The position numbers and the translations under genes are program-made. Below the pieces are notes generated by a model. That model did no database searches, had not been told where the DNA came from, and saw only the letters and a program-made list of their open reading frames with translations. Of a stretch of 60,805 nucleotides of DNA, positions 48,624 to 59,859 are shown piece after piece. Source of the stretch: Erythrobacteraceae bacterium. GTDB taxonomy: Bacteria; Pseudomonadota; Alphaproteobacteria; Sphingomonadales; Sphingomonadaceae. The stretch is taken from the NCBI GenBank assembly GCA_038130205.1, contig JAYPMZ010000001.1, forward strand, positions 26,276 through 87,080, read 5' to 3'. The stretch's first letter is position 1; each line of letters begins with the position of its first letter.

Positions 48624-48717
48624 CGCACCCGCATCCGCGGGTGCGTCCTCGCTAGACGCGCAGAAAAGCTGCGCCCGCTGCGGGCGGGCGGTCACCCTTG
48701 CGGTCCCTTCGGGTCCG
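48624..48717. repeat. REP-like multi-hairpin intergenic element
   Basis: cgcacccgc/gcgggtgcg, gcgcag/ctgcgc, cgcccg/cgggcg and a cTTCGg hairpin between convergent genes. Confidence 0.55.
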
Positions 48718-48742
48718 AATCTTCGAAGTCTGGCGAATTGCT

Positions 48743-50277
48743 TCAGAGCCCGATCTTGTCGGCCAGTTCGCGCGCCGCATCTCTCGGGCTGAGCTTGCCT
48801 TCACCTTCGCGGTCCACGGCGAAATTCGCCTCACGCATCGCCTCGACCGATATCGCGCCGATCAGCGGTTCGAGCGCCGCTGCGAGCCTCTCGTCACCGG
48901 CCACGCGGGGGCTGAGCATCACCATTGCGTCATAGCTCGGCAAGGCCTCCTTCGGGTCTTCGAGCACCACCAGCCGGTCCGCCGCAATCCGCCCGTCCGA
49001 GGTATAGGCGCTGATCACATCGGCTTCGCCCGAGCGTAGAGCGTTGTACATAAACGTGGGCGCAAAATTGCGCGTCTCGCCAAAGCGCAGGCCATAGGCA
49101 TCGCGCACCGCAATCCATTCGGGCCGCTCGAAGAATTCGGGATCGCCGCCGACAGTCAGTTGCGGACCGTGCGCGACAAGGTCGGTGAGGGAGATGACAC
49201 CCAGTTCGCGTGCCCGGTCCTCGCGCATGGCAAAGGCATAAGCGTTTTCGAACCCGAGCCGACCCAGCACCCGAACGCCCGTGTTCTCCTGCTCCCAATC
49301 GACGATGGCTTCATACATGGCATCGCGACCGGGATTGTCGGTGCGCTCCATCTCGTTGGTCCAGATTGTGCCGGTGTAATCGACAGAGATGTCGATGCTG
49401 GAAGAGGCAACCGCGCTGTGCACCACCGCGCTGCCCAGACCGTCGCGATATTCGACGCTGTAGCCCGCCGCTTCCAGCTGCGCGCCGATCAGCTGGGCGA
49501 GGATGTATTGCTCGGAGAATTGCTTGGAAGCGATGACGACCGTGTCCTCGTCCTCGCCGCCCGTCTGAACGAACAGTGCACCGCCCACGCCAAGCGCCAC
49601 CGCAGCAAGGCCTGTGATCCACATCCAGCGGCGGCGGCTCGCAAAGCCGCGCTCGACCAGTCCCAGCAGCGCATCGACCACCAGCGCTAGCCCCGCGCTG
49701 GCGATGCAGCCGGCGAGCACCAACGCCCAGTTCTGGGTCTGCAATCCGGCAAAGATCGGGTCGCCGAGGCTCGGCTGCCCGATCGTCGTGGCGAGCGTTG
49801 CCGCGCCAATCGTCCACACACTCGCGGTGCGAATACCCGCCATGATGAAAGGCGCTGCGAGCGGAAGCTGGACAAGCCGCAGCTTCTGCGCGCCCGTCAT
49901 ACCGACACCGTCGGCGGCCTCGAGTATCTCGGGATCGAGATTGACCATGGCGGTGACTGCGTTGCGCAAGATCGGAAGCAGCGCATAAAGCGCGAGCGCG
50001 AGCAGCGCGGGAAGAAAACCCAGGGTCGGCAGACCCTCTCCGAAGACGGCGCGCAAACTCAGCAGGATCGGGAAAAACAACGCCAGCAATGCGAGTGCGG
50101 GGATCGTCTGCACAAGGCTCGCAAACCCCAGCGCGACCCGCGCCACCGCAGGCGAGCGGCTGGCCCACACGGCAAGCGGCAAAGCGACTGCCATGCCCAA
50201 TCCGATAGCGCTTGCCGACAGCACGATGTGGGCTGCGAATTTGTCACCGAGCCCGAGCAAAATGTCGAGGATCCCGC

Positions 50278-50281
<4 letters not shown>
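48743..50281 (-). CDS. Osmoprotectant ABC transporter, fused permease + substrate-binding domain
   Basis: VQTIPALALL, EAADGVGM, SKQFSEQYIL, DYTGT, LGFENAYA. Confidence 0.92.
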
Positions 50282-51102
<821 letters not shown>

Positions 51103-51643
51103 AGGTGATGCGCTTGAGCGCGATGGCCATGCCGTCGTCGTCGGTTGCGATCACCTCGCCATTGTCATCGGGCGGAGCGGTGGTCCAGCATGAGCCCGCG
51201 CCTTCGTCGGGTTCGAAACAGATCTTGCCGTCGGGCCGCTGCTCCCATTTGCCTTGCGCAAACGGCTCGCCGTTGCGCAGGTCGCGGTAGCGTCCGCCCG
51301 CATCGAAGAAAGTCGTCTGCACCGCGCCGTCTGCCCCCACCGTTAGCCAGCCGCTTTCGGCGACGGGCAGAGAGACAGTGTCGGGGGTTTCTTCGGCGGT
51401 TGGCGTCGCCTCGCTTCCGCCGGACAGGACATCCGCCGCGCCACCGCTGCTGCTTTCGTCGCAAGCGGCCAGCGCGAGCGGGGCAAAAAAGGCAAGGGCG
51501 AGTGCGGGTCGAAGCGGGATATGCATGGGGCGCGAGCCTAGTGCGCATTTGTGCGCAGGCCAAGCGCCTGATCACCGGCGTTGGCGCGAGGCTGCGATCT
51601 TGCTAAAGCGCGCAACAATAACACACAGCAGCGAAAGAGAGAG

Positions 51644-52825
51644 ATGCGCGCTACCCCCGATTTCGATTTCCAGCTTGGCGAAAGCGCCGAGATGATCCGC
51701 GACACCGTCGCCCGTTTTGCCGACGAACAGATCGCACCGCTCGCCGAAAAGATCGACCGCGAGGATTACTTCCCGCGCGCCGAATTGTGGGCGCAGATGG
51801 GCGAGCTTGGCCTTCACGGCATGACTGTCGACGAAGCCGATGGCGGGCTTGGCCTAGGCTATCTCGAACATGTCATCGCGGTCGAGGAAGTGAGCCGCGC
51901 CAGTGCCTCGCTCGGCCTGTCCTACGGCGCGCACTCCAATCTGTGTGTCAACCAGATCCGCCGCTGGGGCAATGACGAGCAGAAGGCGAAATATCTGCCC
52001 GGCCTGATCTCGGGCGAACATGTCGGCAGCCTCGCCATGTCCGAGGCATCCGCCGGGTCGGACGTCGTTTCGATGAAGCTGAAAGCCGAAGCCGCGACGC
52101 GCGACGGAGTGGAAGGCTATGTCCTCAACGGCACCAAGTTCTGGATCACCAACGCACCCGAAGCCGACACGCTGGTGGTCTATGCCAAGACCGACGGCAG
52201 CGCGGGTTCGCGCGGCATCACCGCTTTCCTGATCGAAAAGGGCGACGAAGGTTTCTCCATCGGCCAGAAGATCGAGAAAGTCGGCATGAAAGGCTCGCCC
52301 ACGGCAGAGCTGGTGTTCGACGATTGCTTCGTTCCCGAGGACCGCGTGATGGGACCGCTGAACGGCGGCGTCGGCGTGTTGATGAGCGGGCTGGATTACG
52401 AGCGCGTGGTGCTCGCCGGTTTGCAGCTGGGGATCATGCAGGCGTGCCTCGACACGGTCATTCCCTACCTGCGCGAACGCACCCAGTTCGGAAAGCCGAT
52501 CGGTTCGTTCCAGCTGATGCAGGCCAAGGTCGCTGATATGTATGTCGCGCTGCAATCGGCGCGCGCATATACCTATGCGGTGGCGAAAAGCTGCGACGCG
52601 AACCAGACGACCCGCTTCGACGCGGCAGGGTGCATCCTGCTGGCCTCCGAAAACGCCTTCCGCGTGGCGGCCGAAAGCGTGCAGGCGCTGGGCGGCGCGG
52701 GCTACACGCTCGACTGGCCGGTCGAACGCTACATGCGCGATGCCAAGCTGCTGGATATCGGCGCAGGCACGAACGAAATCCGCCGTATGCTGATCGGCCG
52801 CGAATTGATCGGGGCTGCGGGGTGA
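51644..52825 (+). CDS. ivd: Isovaleryl-CoA dehydrogenase
   Basis: SYGAHSNLCVNQI, LAMSE, LMSGLDYER, IGAGTNEIRRMLIGREL; neighbour of mccB. Confidence 0.93.
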   Translation: MRATPDFDFQLGESAEMIRDTVARFADEQIAPLAEKIDREDYFPRAELWAQMGELGLHGMTVDEADGGLGLGYLEHVIAVEEVSRASASLGLSYGAHSNLCVNQIRRWGNDEQKAKYLPGLISGEHVGSLAMSEASAGSDVVSMKLKAEAATRDGVEGYVLNGTKFWITNAPEADTLVVYAKTDGSAGSRGITAFLIEKGDEGFSIGQKIEKVGMKGSPTAELVFDDCFVPEDRVMGPLNGGVGVLMSGLDYERVVLAGLQLGIMQACLDTVIPYLRERTQFGKPIGSFQLMQAKVADMYVALQSARAYTYAVAKSCDANQTTRFDAAGCILLASENAFRVAAESVQALGGAGYTLDWPVERYMRDAKLLDIGAGTNEIRRMLIGRELIGAAG

Positions 52826-53127
52826 GCGGCAACGAAGACTACGTCTATGACGAAGTGAGCGGCGAGTGGATGCCTGCCAGCGAACTCGCTGCGCGGGAGG
52901 CCGCCGAGAACACCGTCGAGGTGCGCGATGCGGTGGGCAATCTGCTGGCCGATGGCGATCAGGTGACGTTGATCAAGGACCTTGAGGTCAAAGGCGCGGG
53001 GCAAACGCTCAAGCAGGGCACGTTGATCAAGTCGATCCGGCTGACCGGCGACGCGCAGGAAATCGACTGCAAATACCCCGGCATCAAGGGCCTCGTCCTG
53101 CGTGCCGAATTCGTGAAGAAGCGCTAG
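52822..53127 (+). CDS. PhnA/YjdM C-terminal domain protein
   Basis: DAVGNLLADGDQVTLIKDLEVKG...EFVKK; GTGA overlap with ivd. Confidence 0.85.
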   Translation: MSGNEDYVYDEVSGEWMPASELAAREAAENTVEVRDAVGNLLADGDQVTLIKDLEVKGAGQTLKQGTLIKSIRLTGDAQEIDCKYPGIKGLVLRAEFVKKR

Positions 53128-53136
53128 GGCTGAACT

Positions 53137-54744
53137 ATGACTGCACCCGTTCTCACCACCAAGCTTGACCGCGAGGCGCCCGACGCCAAGACGCGCTTCG
53201 AGCACAACAAAACGCTCGCAGCCGACCTTCGCTCCGCCGTTGCGGACGCCTCGCTGGGCGGGGCCGAGCGGCACCGCGAGCGGCACGTCAGCCGCGGCAA
53301 GCTGCTGCCGCGTGACCGCGTGGAGCGGCTGCTCGATCCGGGCTCGCCCTTTCTCGAAGTTGGCCAGCTGGCGGCAAACGGCATGTACGAAGGCGACGTC
53401 AACGGCGCCTCGATGATCGCCGGCATTGGCCGCGTTTCGGGCCGTCAGGTGATGATCGTTTGCAACGATCCGACGGTGAAGGGTGGCTCCTACTACCCGA
53501 TGACGGTCAAGAAGCACCTGCGCGCACAGGAGATTGCGCAGGAGAACCGCCTCCCGTGCATCTACCTCGTCGACAGCGGCGGGGCGAACCTGCCCTATCA
53601 GGCCGAGGTCTTTCCCGACCGCGAGCATTTCGGGCGCATCTTCTTCAATCAGGCCAATATGTCCGCGCTCGGCATCCCGCAGATCGCCTGCGTGATGGGT
53701 AGCTGCACCGCGGGCGGCGCCTACGTCCCCGCCATGTCCGACGAGACCGTGATTGTGCGCAACCAAGGAACGATTTTCCTTGCCGGACCGCCGCTGGTAA
53801 AGGCCGCGACGGGCGAGGAAATCAGCGCCGAGGATCTGGGGGGCGGCGACCTCCATGCCAAGAAATCGGGCGTGGTCGATCACCTCGCCGAAAACGACGA
53901 ACACGCACTTACCATCGTGCGCGATATCGTCAGCCAGTTGGGCGCGAACATGGGCGCGGCGAAGGATATCGCGCTCAAAGACCCGCGTCCGCCCAAGTTC
54001 GACGCCGAAGACCTCTACGCCATCATCCCCGAAGACGTGCGCGCGCCCTATGATGTGAAAGAGGTCATCGCGCGGCTGGTCGACGGCAGCGAATTCCACG
54101 AGTTCAAGGCACACTACGGCTCGACGCTCGTCTGCGGCTTCGCCCACATTTGGGGAATGCCGGTGGCGATCCTCGCCAACAACGGCGTGCTATTCTCCGA
54201 AAGCGCGCAGAAGGGCGCGCATTTCATCGAGCTTGCCTGCCAGCGCCGCATTCCGCTGCTGTTCCTGCAGAACATCTCCGGCTTCATGGTCGGCGGGAAA
54301 TACGAGGCGGAAGGCATCGCCAAACACGGCGCGAAACTGGTGACGGCCGTTGCGACCGCCACCGTTCCCAAGATCACCGTGCTGATCGGCGGCAGCTTTG
54401 GCGCAGGCAACTACGGCATGGCAGGCCGTGCTTATAGCCCACGCTTCCTGTTCAGCTGGCCCAACAGTCGCATTTCGGTGATGGGCGGCGAACAGGCGGC
54501 AAGCGTGCTCGCGACAGTCCACCGCGATGCCGACAACTGGACCGAGAACCAAGCCGAGGAATTCAAGGCCCCGATCCGCCAGAAATACGAGGATGAGGGC
54601 AACCCCTATTACGCCACTGCGCGGATGTGGGATGACGGAGTGATCGATCCCGCGCAAACCCGCGACGTGCTGGGACTGGCCTTTGCCGCCACGCTGGAAG
54701 CTCCGATTGCGGAAGCGCCCCGCTTTGGCGTGTTCAGGATGTAA
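53137..54744 (+). CDS. mccB: 3-Methylcrotonyl-CoA carboxylase beta subunit
   Basis: [43 protein letters not shown]. Confidence 0.94.
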   Translation: MTAPVLTTKLDREAPDAKTRFEHNKTLAADLRSAVADASLGGAERHRERHVSRGKLLPRDRVERLLDPGSPFLEVGQLAANGMYEGDVNGASMIAGIGRVSGRQVMIVCNDPTVKGGSYYPMTVKKHLRAQEIAQENRLPCIYLVDSGGANLPYQAEVFPDREHFGRIFFNQANMSALGIPQIACVMGSCTAGGAYVPAMSDETVIVRNQGTIFLAGPPLVKAATGEEISAEDLGGGDLHAKKSGVVDHLAENDEHALTIVRDIVSQLGANMGAAKDIALKDPRPPKFDAEDLYAIIPEDVRAPYDVKEVIARLVDGSEFHEFKAHYGSTLVCGFAHIWGMPVAILANNGVLFSESAQKGAHFIELACQRRIPLLFLQNISGFMVGGKYEAEGIAKHGAKLVTAVATATVPKITVLIGGSFGAGNYGMAGRAYSPRFLFSWPNSRISVMGGEQAASVLATVHRDADNWTENQAEEFKAPIRQKYEDEGNPYYATARMWDDGVIDPAQTRDVLGLAFAATLEAPIAEAPRFGVFRM

Positions 54745-54749
54745 CAGGC

Positions 54750-55124
54750 ATGGCGATGGAGCTCTGGACTGATCGGGGAACGATCGAAGACCCGACAGAA
54801 GATCAGCTTCACGATACCATCGTGGACTTGCGTGCGGGCGAGCCCGCAGTTCTCTCGCAAGCGGCGGAGACTTTCATCCAGACGATGCGCACCGAGCACG
54901 GCTTTCTGTTGGAAAAGCGGGAAGGGGATGCGGACAGCCACTATGAAGCCGTTCCAAAAGACGAGCGCGCACGCGTAACTACGAAGGCGCCGTGGTGGGC
55001 GTTCTGGCTGAAATCTTCCTCCATCTATTATTTCTCCAGCGAAGAGATCATCGAAGCATTCCGCGAATATCAAAAGGGGAATGGCGACCCTTCTTTCGTC
55101 ACGTGGAACCAGATCTGGATATGA
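54750..55124 (+). CDS. Hypothetical protein
   Basis: Starts 5 bp after the mccB stop; no recognised family. Confidence 0.6.
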   Translation: MAMELWTDRGTIEDPTEDQLHDTIVDLRAGEPAVLSQAAETFIQTMRTEHGFLLEKREGDADSHYEAVPKDERARVTTKAPWWAFWLKSSSIYYFSSEEIIEAFREYQKGNGDPSFVTWNQIWI

Positions 55125-55365
55125 ATCCGTAGACGGGCCGTTGCTTGACCTGCTCGAAGTGCCGGAAACCCGCGAAATTCTCACGAAAAATCAATCTTTT
55201 ACCGCTCGGTCGAAGTCGCTTGAGCCGTGCATGATGCGGGTTGGACCGAGCCGCGGATACGGCCGCCAAGGTAGTTATGCCGCATTTTCGTCACATATCG
55301 GGGTGGTCCGGTGCCGCGCTGTTCAGCGCATTCAAAAGGCACCAAAATAATAAAGGGAGTACCCG

Positions 55366-55890
55366 ATGCGTAACACCACCATTCTTCTCGCTGCAGCCCC
55401 GCTTGCACTGCTGGCCGCCTGCGGCGACGCGGAAACCGATGACGCGACCAATGCCGATGCCACCACTGTCGCATCGAGCGAGAGCGATCCGACCGCCAGT
55501 GACGCAACAGGCACTCCGGGCCCGGCCACCAAACTTGACGAGGCCGGCGATTTCTCGGGCAATTACACCTACACCGCCGACGATGGTTCGCAGCGCGGCG
55601 TGACGATCGACACCGAGAGCAAGACCTACAAATATTTCGGTCCCGACGGCCTTACGCGCACGGGCGACTACACCTGGACCCCCGACGGCTTCCGCATCAT
55701 GATCCCCGAATGGGATGAAGGGCCGACCTGGTTCGCAATCCGCGAAGGACAGCTGGTGCGTCTCGACGAAGACAAGAAATTCGACTCTGAAACGGTTGTC
55801 GACGAGGGCGAACGCTATTCGCGCGATGACGACAATGCGATGTTCAGCCGCGATCCCGAACTCGGCAGCATGGTCGCTCCGGTCGACTGA
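55366..55890 (+). CDS. Hypothetical lipoprotein
   Basis: SD gggag, lipobox LAAC, T/D/A linker, beta-rich domain. Confidence 0.8.
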   Translation: MRNTTILLAAAPLALLAACGDAETDDATNADATTVASSESDPTASDATGTPGPATKLDEAGDFSGNYTYTADDGSQRGVTIDTESKTYKYFGPDGLTRTGDYTWTPDGFRIMIPEWDEGPTWFAIREGQLVRLDEDKKFDSETVVDEGERYSRDDDNAMFSRDPELGSMVAPVD

Positions 55891-55928
55891 TCCTCTGGCC
55901 AGATTTCTGGTTGCAAGATTTTTCAAAC

Positions 55929-55964
55929 CCTCTCCGCCGTTTGACCTCGGCGGGGAGGTTTTTT
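55929..55964 (+). terminator. Rho-independent terminator
   Basis: cctctccgccg/cggcggggagg stem followed by T6. Confidence 0.85.
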
Positions 55965-56069
55965 ATGGCTGCAAGGCGGGCGACGCGCATTGTCGGTGCC
56001 CTCCGCAATCATCCCTCTCGCTTTCCGCTACGTAACTGCTAGTCACAATAGCGAGAGTGAGAACCGCCA

Positions 56070-56699
56070 GTGCGTCAAAATGAAACCCGCAATGTCACGC
56101 TGCTGTCGCGGCTGGTGAACCGGATCATCCTTTTCATCTATCGCTGGAAAGGGTGGCGGATCGAAGGGGCGCTGCCCAAGAACATCAAGAAATATGTCAT
56201 CGCCGGCGCGCCGCACACCTCGAACTGGGATTTCGTGTTCTTCTCGGGCGCGACCAAGCATGAGCAGGTGCAGCCCAATTTCATGGGAAAGCACACGCTG
56301 TTTCAGGGCATGATGAAGAACTTCATGCTCGATATGGGCGGCATTTCGGTCGACCGCACCAAGCGCGCCGACACGGTCGAGCAAATGCGCCGCGAATTCG
56401 AGCGGCGCGAGGAACTCGCGCTGGTGATCGCGGTTGAGGGGACGCGCACTTCGGACGGCAAGTGGAAGTCGGGTTTCTACAATATTGCCAAGGCTGCAGG
56501 TGTGCCGATCGTCCCGGCCTATGCCGACAATGAAAAGATGATCATCGGCTTCGGCGAGCCGCTGTTCCCGAGCGGGAATTACGGTGAGGACCTGCTCAAG
56601 CTGGCCGAATGGTTCCGCTCCAAACTGCCCGATTGCGAGCGGTTCAAAGTGCTCGAAAAGCAGGCCCGCGATCTGATTGCAGGCCGCAACGACATTTAG
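56070..56699 (+). CDS. Lysophospholipid acyltransferase (PlsC-like)
   Basis: PHTSNWD HX4D motif, EGTR, WKSGFY. Confidence 0.9.
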   Translation: MRQNETRNVTLLSRLVNRIILFIYRWKGWRIEGALPKNIKKYVIAGAPHTSNWDFVFFSGATKHEQVQPNFMGKHTLFQGMMKNFMLDMGGISVDRTKRADTVEQMRREFERREELALVIAVEGTRTSDGKWKSGFYNIAKAAGVPIVPAYADNEKMIIGFGEPLFPSGNYGEDLLKLAEWFRSKLPDCERFKVLEKQARDLIAGRNDI

Positions 56700-56810
56700 A
56701 CCGGACCAGCAATCCGGCGGCTTGCGCTGCGTCGCGCAAATTTTGCAAGATATGTCTTTAAGCGCTGAAGCGCTGCCCCTATCTTACCCGAAAGGTCTAG
56801 GGAGGGCCCC

Positions 56811-57452
56811 ATGGCGCTGAGCGAAGACACATTGCAGGCCGAACGCAATCGCATTGCGCATATGGTGCTTGCGCTTGTGAAAGAACGCGGTTCCGAGGTC
56901 AGCTACACCGCCGCCCAATCCGAAAGCGGGCTGTCGCGCGCGCGCTTCGAGCAGATATTTCCCGATTACGATGACCTGTTCGATGCCATCGCGCAAATCT
57001 GGCTTGCCCCGCATATGGAAGCGATGGAGGCCGTGCTCGGCACTGACTTGCCGCCTAATCGCAAAATGTATGAATTCTTCCGTGGCCGCTTCGTCATTTC
57101 GCGCGAGCGCTTCCGTGACGATCCCGAAACCTTCACCATGATCTGCGATATGGGAGCCGCCAATTTCGAGCGCGTGCGTTCCTATGTCGATCTGGCCGAT
57201 CACTATCTGTGCGAGATCATTGTCGAGGCGCAGGCCGACGGGCACTTTCCCGGTCTGGAAATCGATGCGGCACTCTCGTTGATCAACCAGATGGTGTCGC
57301 TCTACACCATGCCTGATACGCTGCTTTATCTCGGTGACAAGCTGACCGAGGAAAAGCTCGCGCGGATCGTCGATACGCTGTTCATCGGCTTGTCGTCCGA
57401 AGCGGGCGAGGATGCGCGCGGCGTCAACACGATCCGGGTCGCGTCTTCCTAA
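56811..57452 (+). CDS. TetR-family-like regulator with divergent HTH
   Basis: GLSRARFEQIFPDYDDLFDAI HTH-like segment; helical C-terminal domain with AQADGHF. Confidence 0.7.
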   Translation: MALSEDTLQAERNRIAHMVLALVKERGSEVSYTAAQSESGLSRARFEQIFPDYDDLFDAIAQIWLAPHMEAMEAVLGTDLPPNRKMYEFFRGRFVISRERFRDDPETFTMICDMGAANFERVRSYVDLADHYLCEIIVEAQADGHFPGLEIDAALSLINQMVSLYTMPDTLLYLGDKLTEEKLARIVDTLFIGLSSEAGEDARGVNTIRVASS

Positions 57453-57455
57453 GCG

Positions 57456-58250
57456 CTACTTGCGCTTGAATTGCAGGACGTTTGCAGGAAGCTTCTTCTT
57501 GGGAGGCGGAATGCGGCGCTTGTCCGAAAGCGCATATTTGAGGCTCGCGCCGATGATCGCGGCCGAGACCAGCAGGATCAGCGAGGCCCAGACCCAATGC
57601 GGGAGGAACAGCGCCTGCTCAATGGCGCCGGTGTCGGACAGGATTGGCTGGCCACCGAGCGTTACCTGTTCGGTGAACAGGTAGTTAAAGTCCGAGAGCA
57701 TGCTCGTCGCGCCCAGCATCCCCAAAAACTGCAAGAGGAAGCGCGTCAGGCCGAGCGGGGCTTTCCAAGCGGCAAGGCCCAGCGCTGCGCCGACGATCGG
57801 CAGCACGGCAAACCCCACTGGCGAGCGCACGAAGATGATGGTCGAGGCGAGGATCGCCGCCGACACCGCCCATAATGTGGCTCGCCAGGCACGCGGGTGG
57901 GCGCTGGCGATAATCAGTCCGGCGCCTGCGAGCACGGGGCCCAGCGGCCCTCCGGCGGAAATCATCGCGCGGGTAAAGGCAGAGGCGTCCGAGCAAACCG
58001 AATGTTCGGCAATGCCCGACCCGTCGGCAAAGATCTTCAATTGCTCGAACCCCTGTCCCATCACCATCGCGGTGAGGCCGTGGCCCATCTCATGAAACCA
58101 TGTGGTGAGGATAACGAAGGGATAGATCAGATAATTGCCGAAAGGCAGCGCGGGCAGGAACAACACCAGCGCGACCGCAAGGATCAGTCGCCCGACCTGC
58201 TCGGCCTGACTACCGGGAGTGACGCCAAAAGGGACGGGAGGCTCGCGCAC
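57456..58250 (-). CDS. M50B-like membrane metallopeptidase
   Basis: FHEMGHG, AGGPLGP, SD motif; multi-TM. Confidence 0.85.
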   Translation of the reverse strand: MREPPVPFGVTPGSQAEQVGRLILAVALVLFLPALPFGNYLIYPFVILTTWFHEMGHGLTAMVMGQGFEQLKIFADGSGIAEHSVCSDASAFTRAMISAGGPLGPVLAGAGLIIASAHPRAWRATLWAVSAAILASTIIFVRSPVGFAVLPIVGAALGLAAWKAPLGLTRFLLQFLGMLGATSMLSDFNYLFTEQVTLGGQPILSDTGAIEQALFLPHWVWASLILLVSAAIIGASLKYALSDKRRIPPPKKKLPANVLQFKRK

Positions 58251-58253
58251 GGT

Positions 58254-59429
58254 TCAGCCAGCGTCCTTCGCAGCGCTCAGACCCTTGGCGTCCGCCTCTT
58301 GCTGCGAGATCGTTTTGCCATCGGGGCCGACCTTGGTGCGATAACGCTCGCGCGCTTCCTCGTCTTCGGCGCGCTGCTCTTGAAGGATCGACCAGCTCGC
58401 AAGGAACAGCCCTGCGACCAGCGGCCCCAAGACGATGCCCGAAAAACCCGCCAGCGAGATGCCGCCCAGCGTCGTGACGAGAATGATCCAGTCGGGAATA
58501 CCCGTGTCGCGACCGACGAGGATCGGGCGCAGCACGTTGTCCACGCTGGAGATAATAACTGCGCCCGCGCCAAGCACGAAAATGCCGGCCCACAATTCTC
58601 CTGACACGATCAGCCAGATGCCCGCCGGAACCCAGACCAGCGCGGTTCCGACTGCGGGAATCAGTGCGAGGATTGCCATCAGCACGCCGAGCAGCAGTGC
58701 CGAGGGTACGCCTGCAAGCGCAAGCATGATTCCGCCGAGCGTTCCTTGCACAATACCGACCACGCCCGACCCCTTGATCACAGCGCGCACGATGCCGAGG
58801 AAGCGCGCCGCAAGGCGGTCTGCAATCTCGCGCTCGACCGGGGCGGAATGCAGGATCGTCTCCCCGATCCGCGTTCCGTCGCGCAGCAGGAAATACAGGA
58901 TGTAAAGACCGATTGTGAAGCTGAGGATGAAGGCGAGCGCCCCGCTGCCGATCGACACCGCTTCGCTTGCGATCATGCCTGCACTTTCGCCCAGCAGTGC
59001 CTGCACGCGATCCTGCATCACCTCGGCATTGGTGAAGCCATTGTCCGCCGCGAAGTGCCGCACGGTCTCGGGCAGCATGGCGTAAGTGTCCTGGAACAGC
59101 CGGGCAAAGTCGATCGGGTCGTCGCGCAGCGAATTGATAAGGTTGATTGTCTCTTCGACCACCAGCGATCCGATCCACATCGCAGGTAGCAGCACCGCAA
59201 CAAAGATGATCGCCAGCGTCAGCGTGGCGGCAAGATTGCGCTTGCCGCGGACCTTCTTGAGCACCCAGCGATAGAGCGGCTGGAACATGATCGCCGCCAG
59301 CGTCGCCCACATGACCGGCCCGATGAAGGGCCATGCCACCCACACGAACAGGATCGACACCCCTGCAAGGATGAGCAGGAAGCTCCAGTGTTCAAGGACG
59401 CTGGTGTCGTTGGGTTCGGCTTCTGACAT
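58254..59429 (-). CDS. AI-2E family transporter
   Basis: YFLLRDG, IPAVGTALVWVP, VDNVLRPILVG, GIVLGP. Confidence 0.9.
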   Translation of the reverse strand: MSEAEPNDTSVLEHWSFLLILAGVSILFVWVAWPFIGPVMWATLAAIMFQPLYRWVLKKVRGKRNLAATLTLAIIFVAVLLPAMWIGSLVVEETINLINSLRDDPIDFARLFQDTYAMLPETVRHFAADNGFTNAEVMQDRVQALLGESAGMIASEAVSIGSGALAFILSFTIGLYILYFLLRDGTRIGETILHSAPVEREIADRLAARFLGIVRAVIKGSGVVGIVQGTLGGIMLALAGVPSALLLGVLMAILALIPAVGTALVWVPAGIWLIVSGELWAGIFVLGAGAVIISSVDNVLRPILVGRDTGIPDWIILVTTLGGISLAGFSGIVLGPLVAGLFLASWSILQEQRAEDEEARERYRTKVGPDGKTISQQEADAKGLSAAKDAG

Positions 59430-59469
59430 GGGCCCGAGTGTCGTGCTTTATCCGCGAAACATCAAGAGC

Positions 59470-59859
59470 CTAGAGTGCTGCATAGGCGAGCAGCGCACCC
59501 AGTCCGACAGTCGGCATGGCGAGCACGCGATAGGCAGCAAGCGGAATGCGCTTTGCCCACCAGATGGCATAGGCATTGTGCCAACGCATCGGCACGAGCA
59601 GGATCAGGATCGAGCTGGCAAGGATGAACCAGCCGGCGATCTCGAACACCGCAGGCGCTCTGGATAGCGGCGCGTGCAGCACCATCGCTCCGCCTACGAT
59701 TGCGCGGGGAATGTGTTCGCCCAATTGGATGCGCCAGTTGGAGCCCATATGCGCCAACCCCGCGCGCGCCTTTTCTGGCGACAGAAGGCAGACCATGCCA
59801 ACCACCCCGAGCCACCCTGCTGCAAGCAGCACAACGGCGAGGGCGGCGAGCGTGATCAC
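59470..59859 (-). CDS. Hypothetical membrane protein
   Basis: Four hydrophobic segments; GTGA overlap with the gyrB stop. Confidence 0.7.
   Translation of the reverse strand: MITLAALAVVLLAAGWLGVVGMVCLLSPEKARAGLAHMGSNWRIQLGEHIPRAIVGGAMVLHAPLSRAPAVFEIAGWFILASSILILLVPMRWHNAYAIWWAKRIPLAAYRVLAMPTVGLGALLAYAAL

Noticed and set aside
55081-55350. 89-aa ORF after the orphan gene
   Set aside because: Overlaps the previous gene, no clear SD, no recognisable motifs
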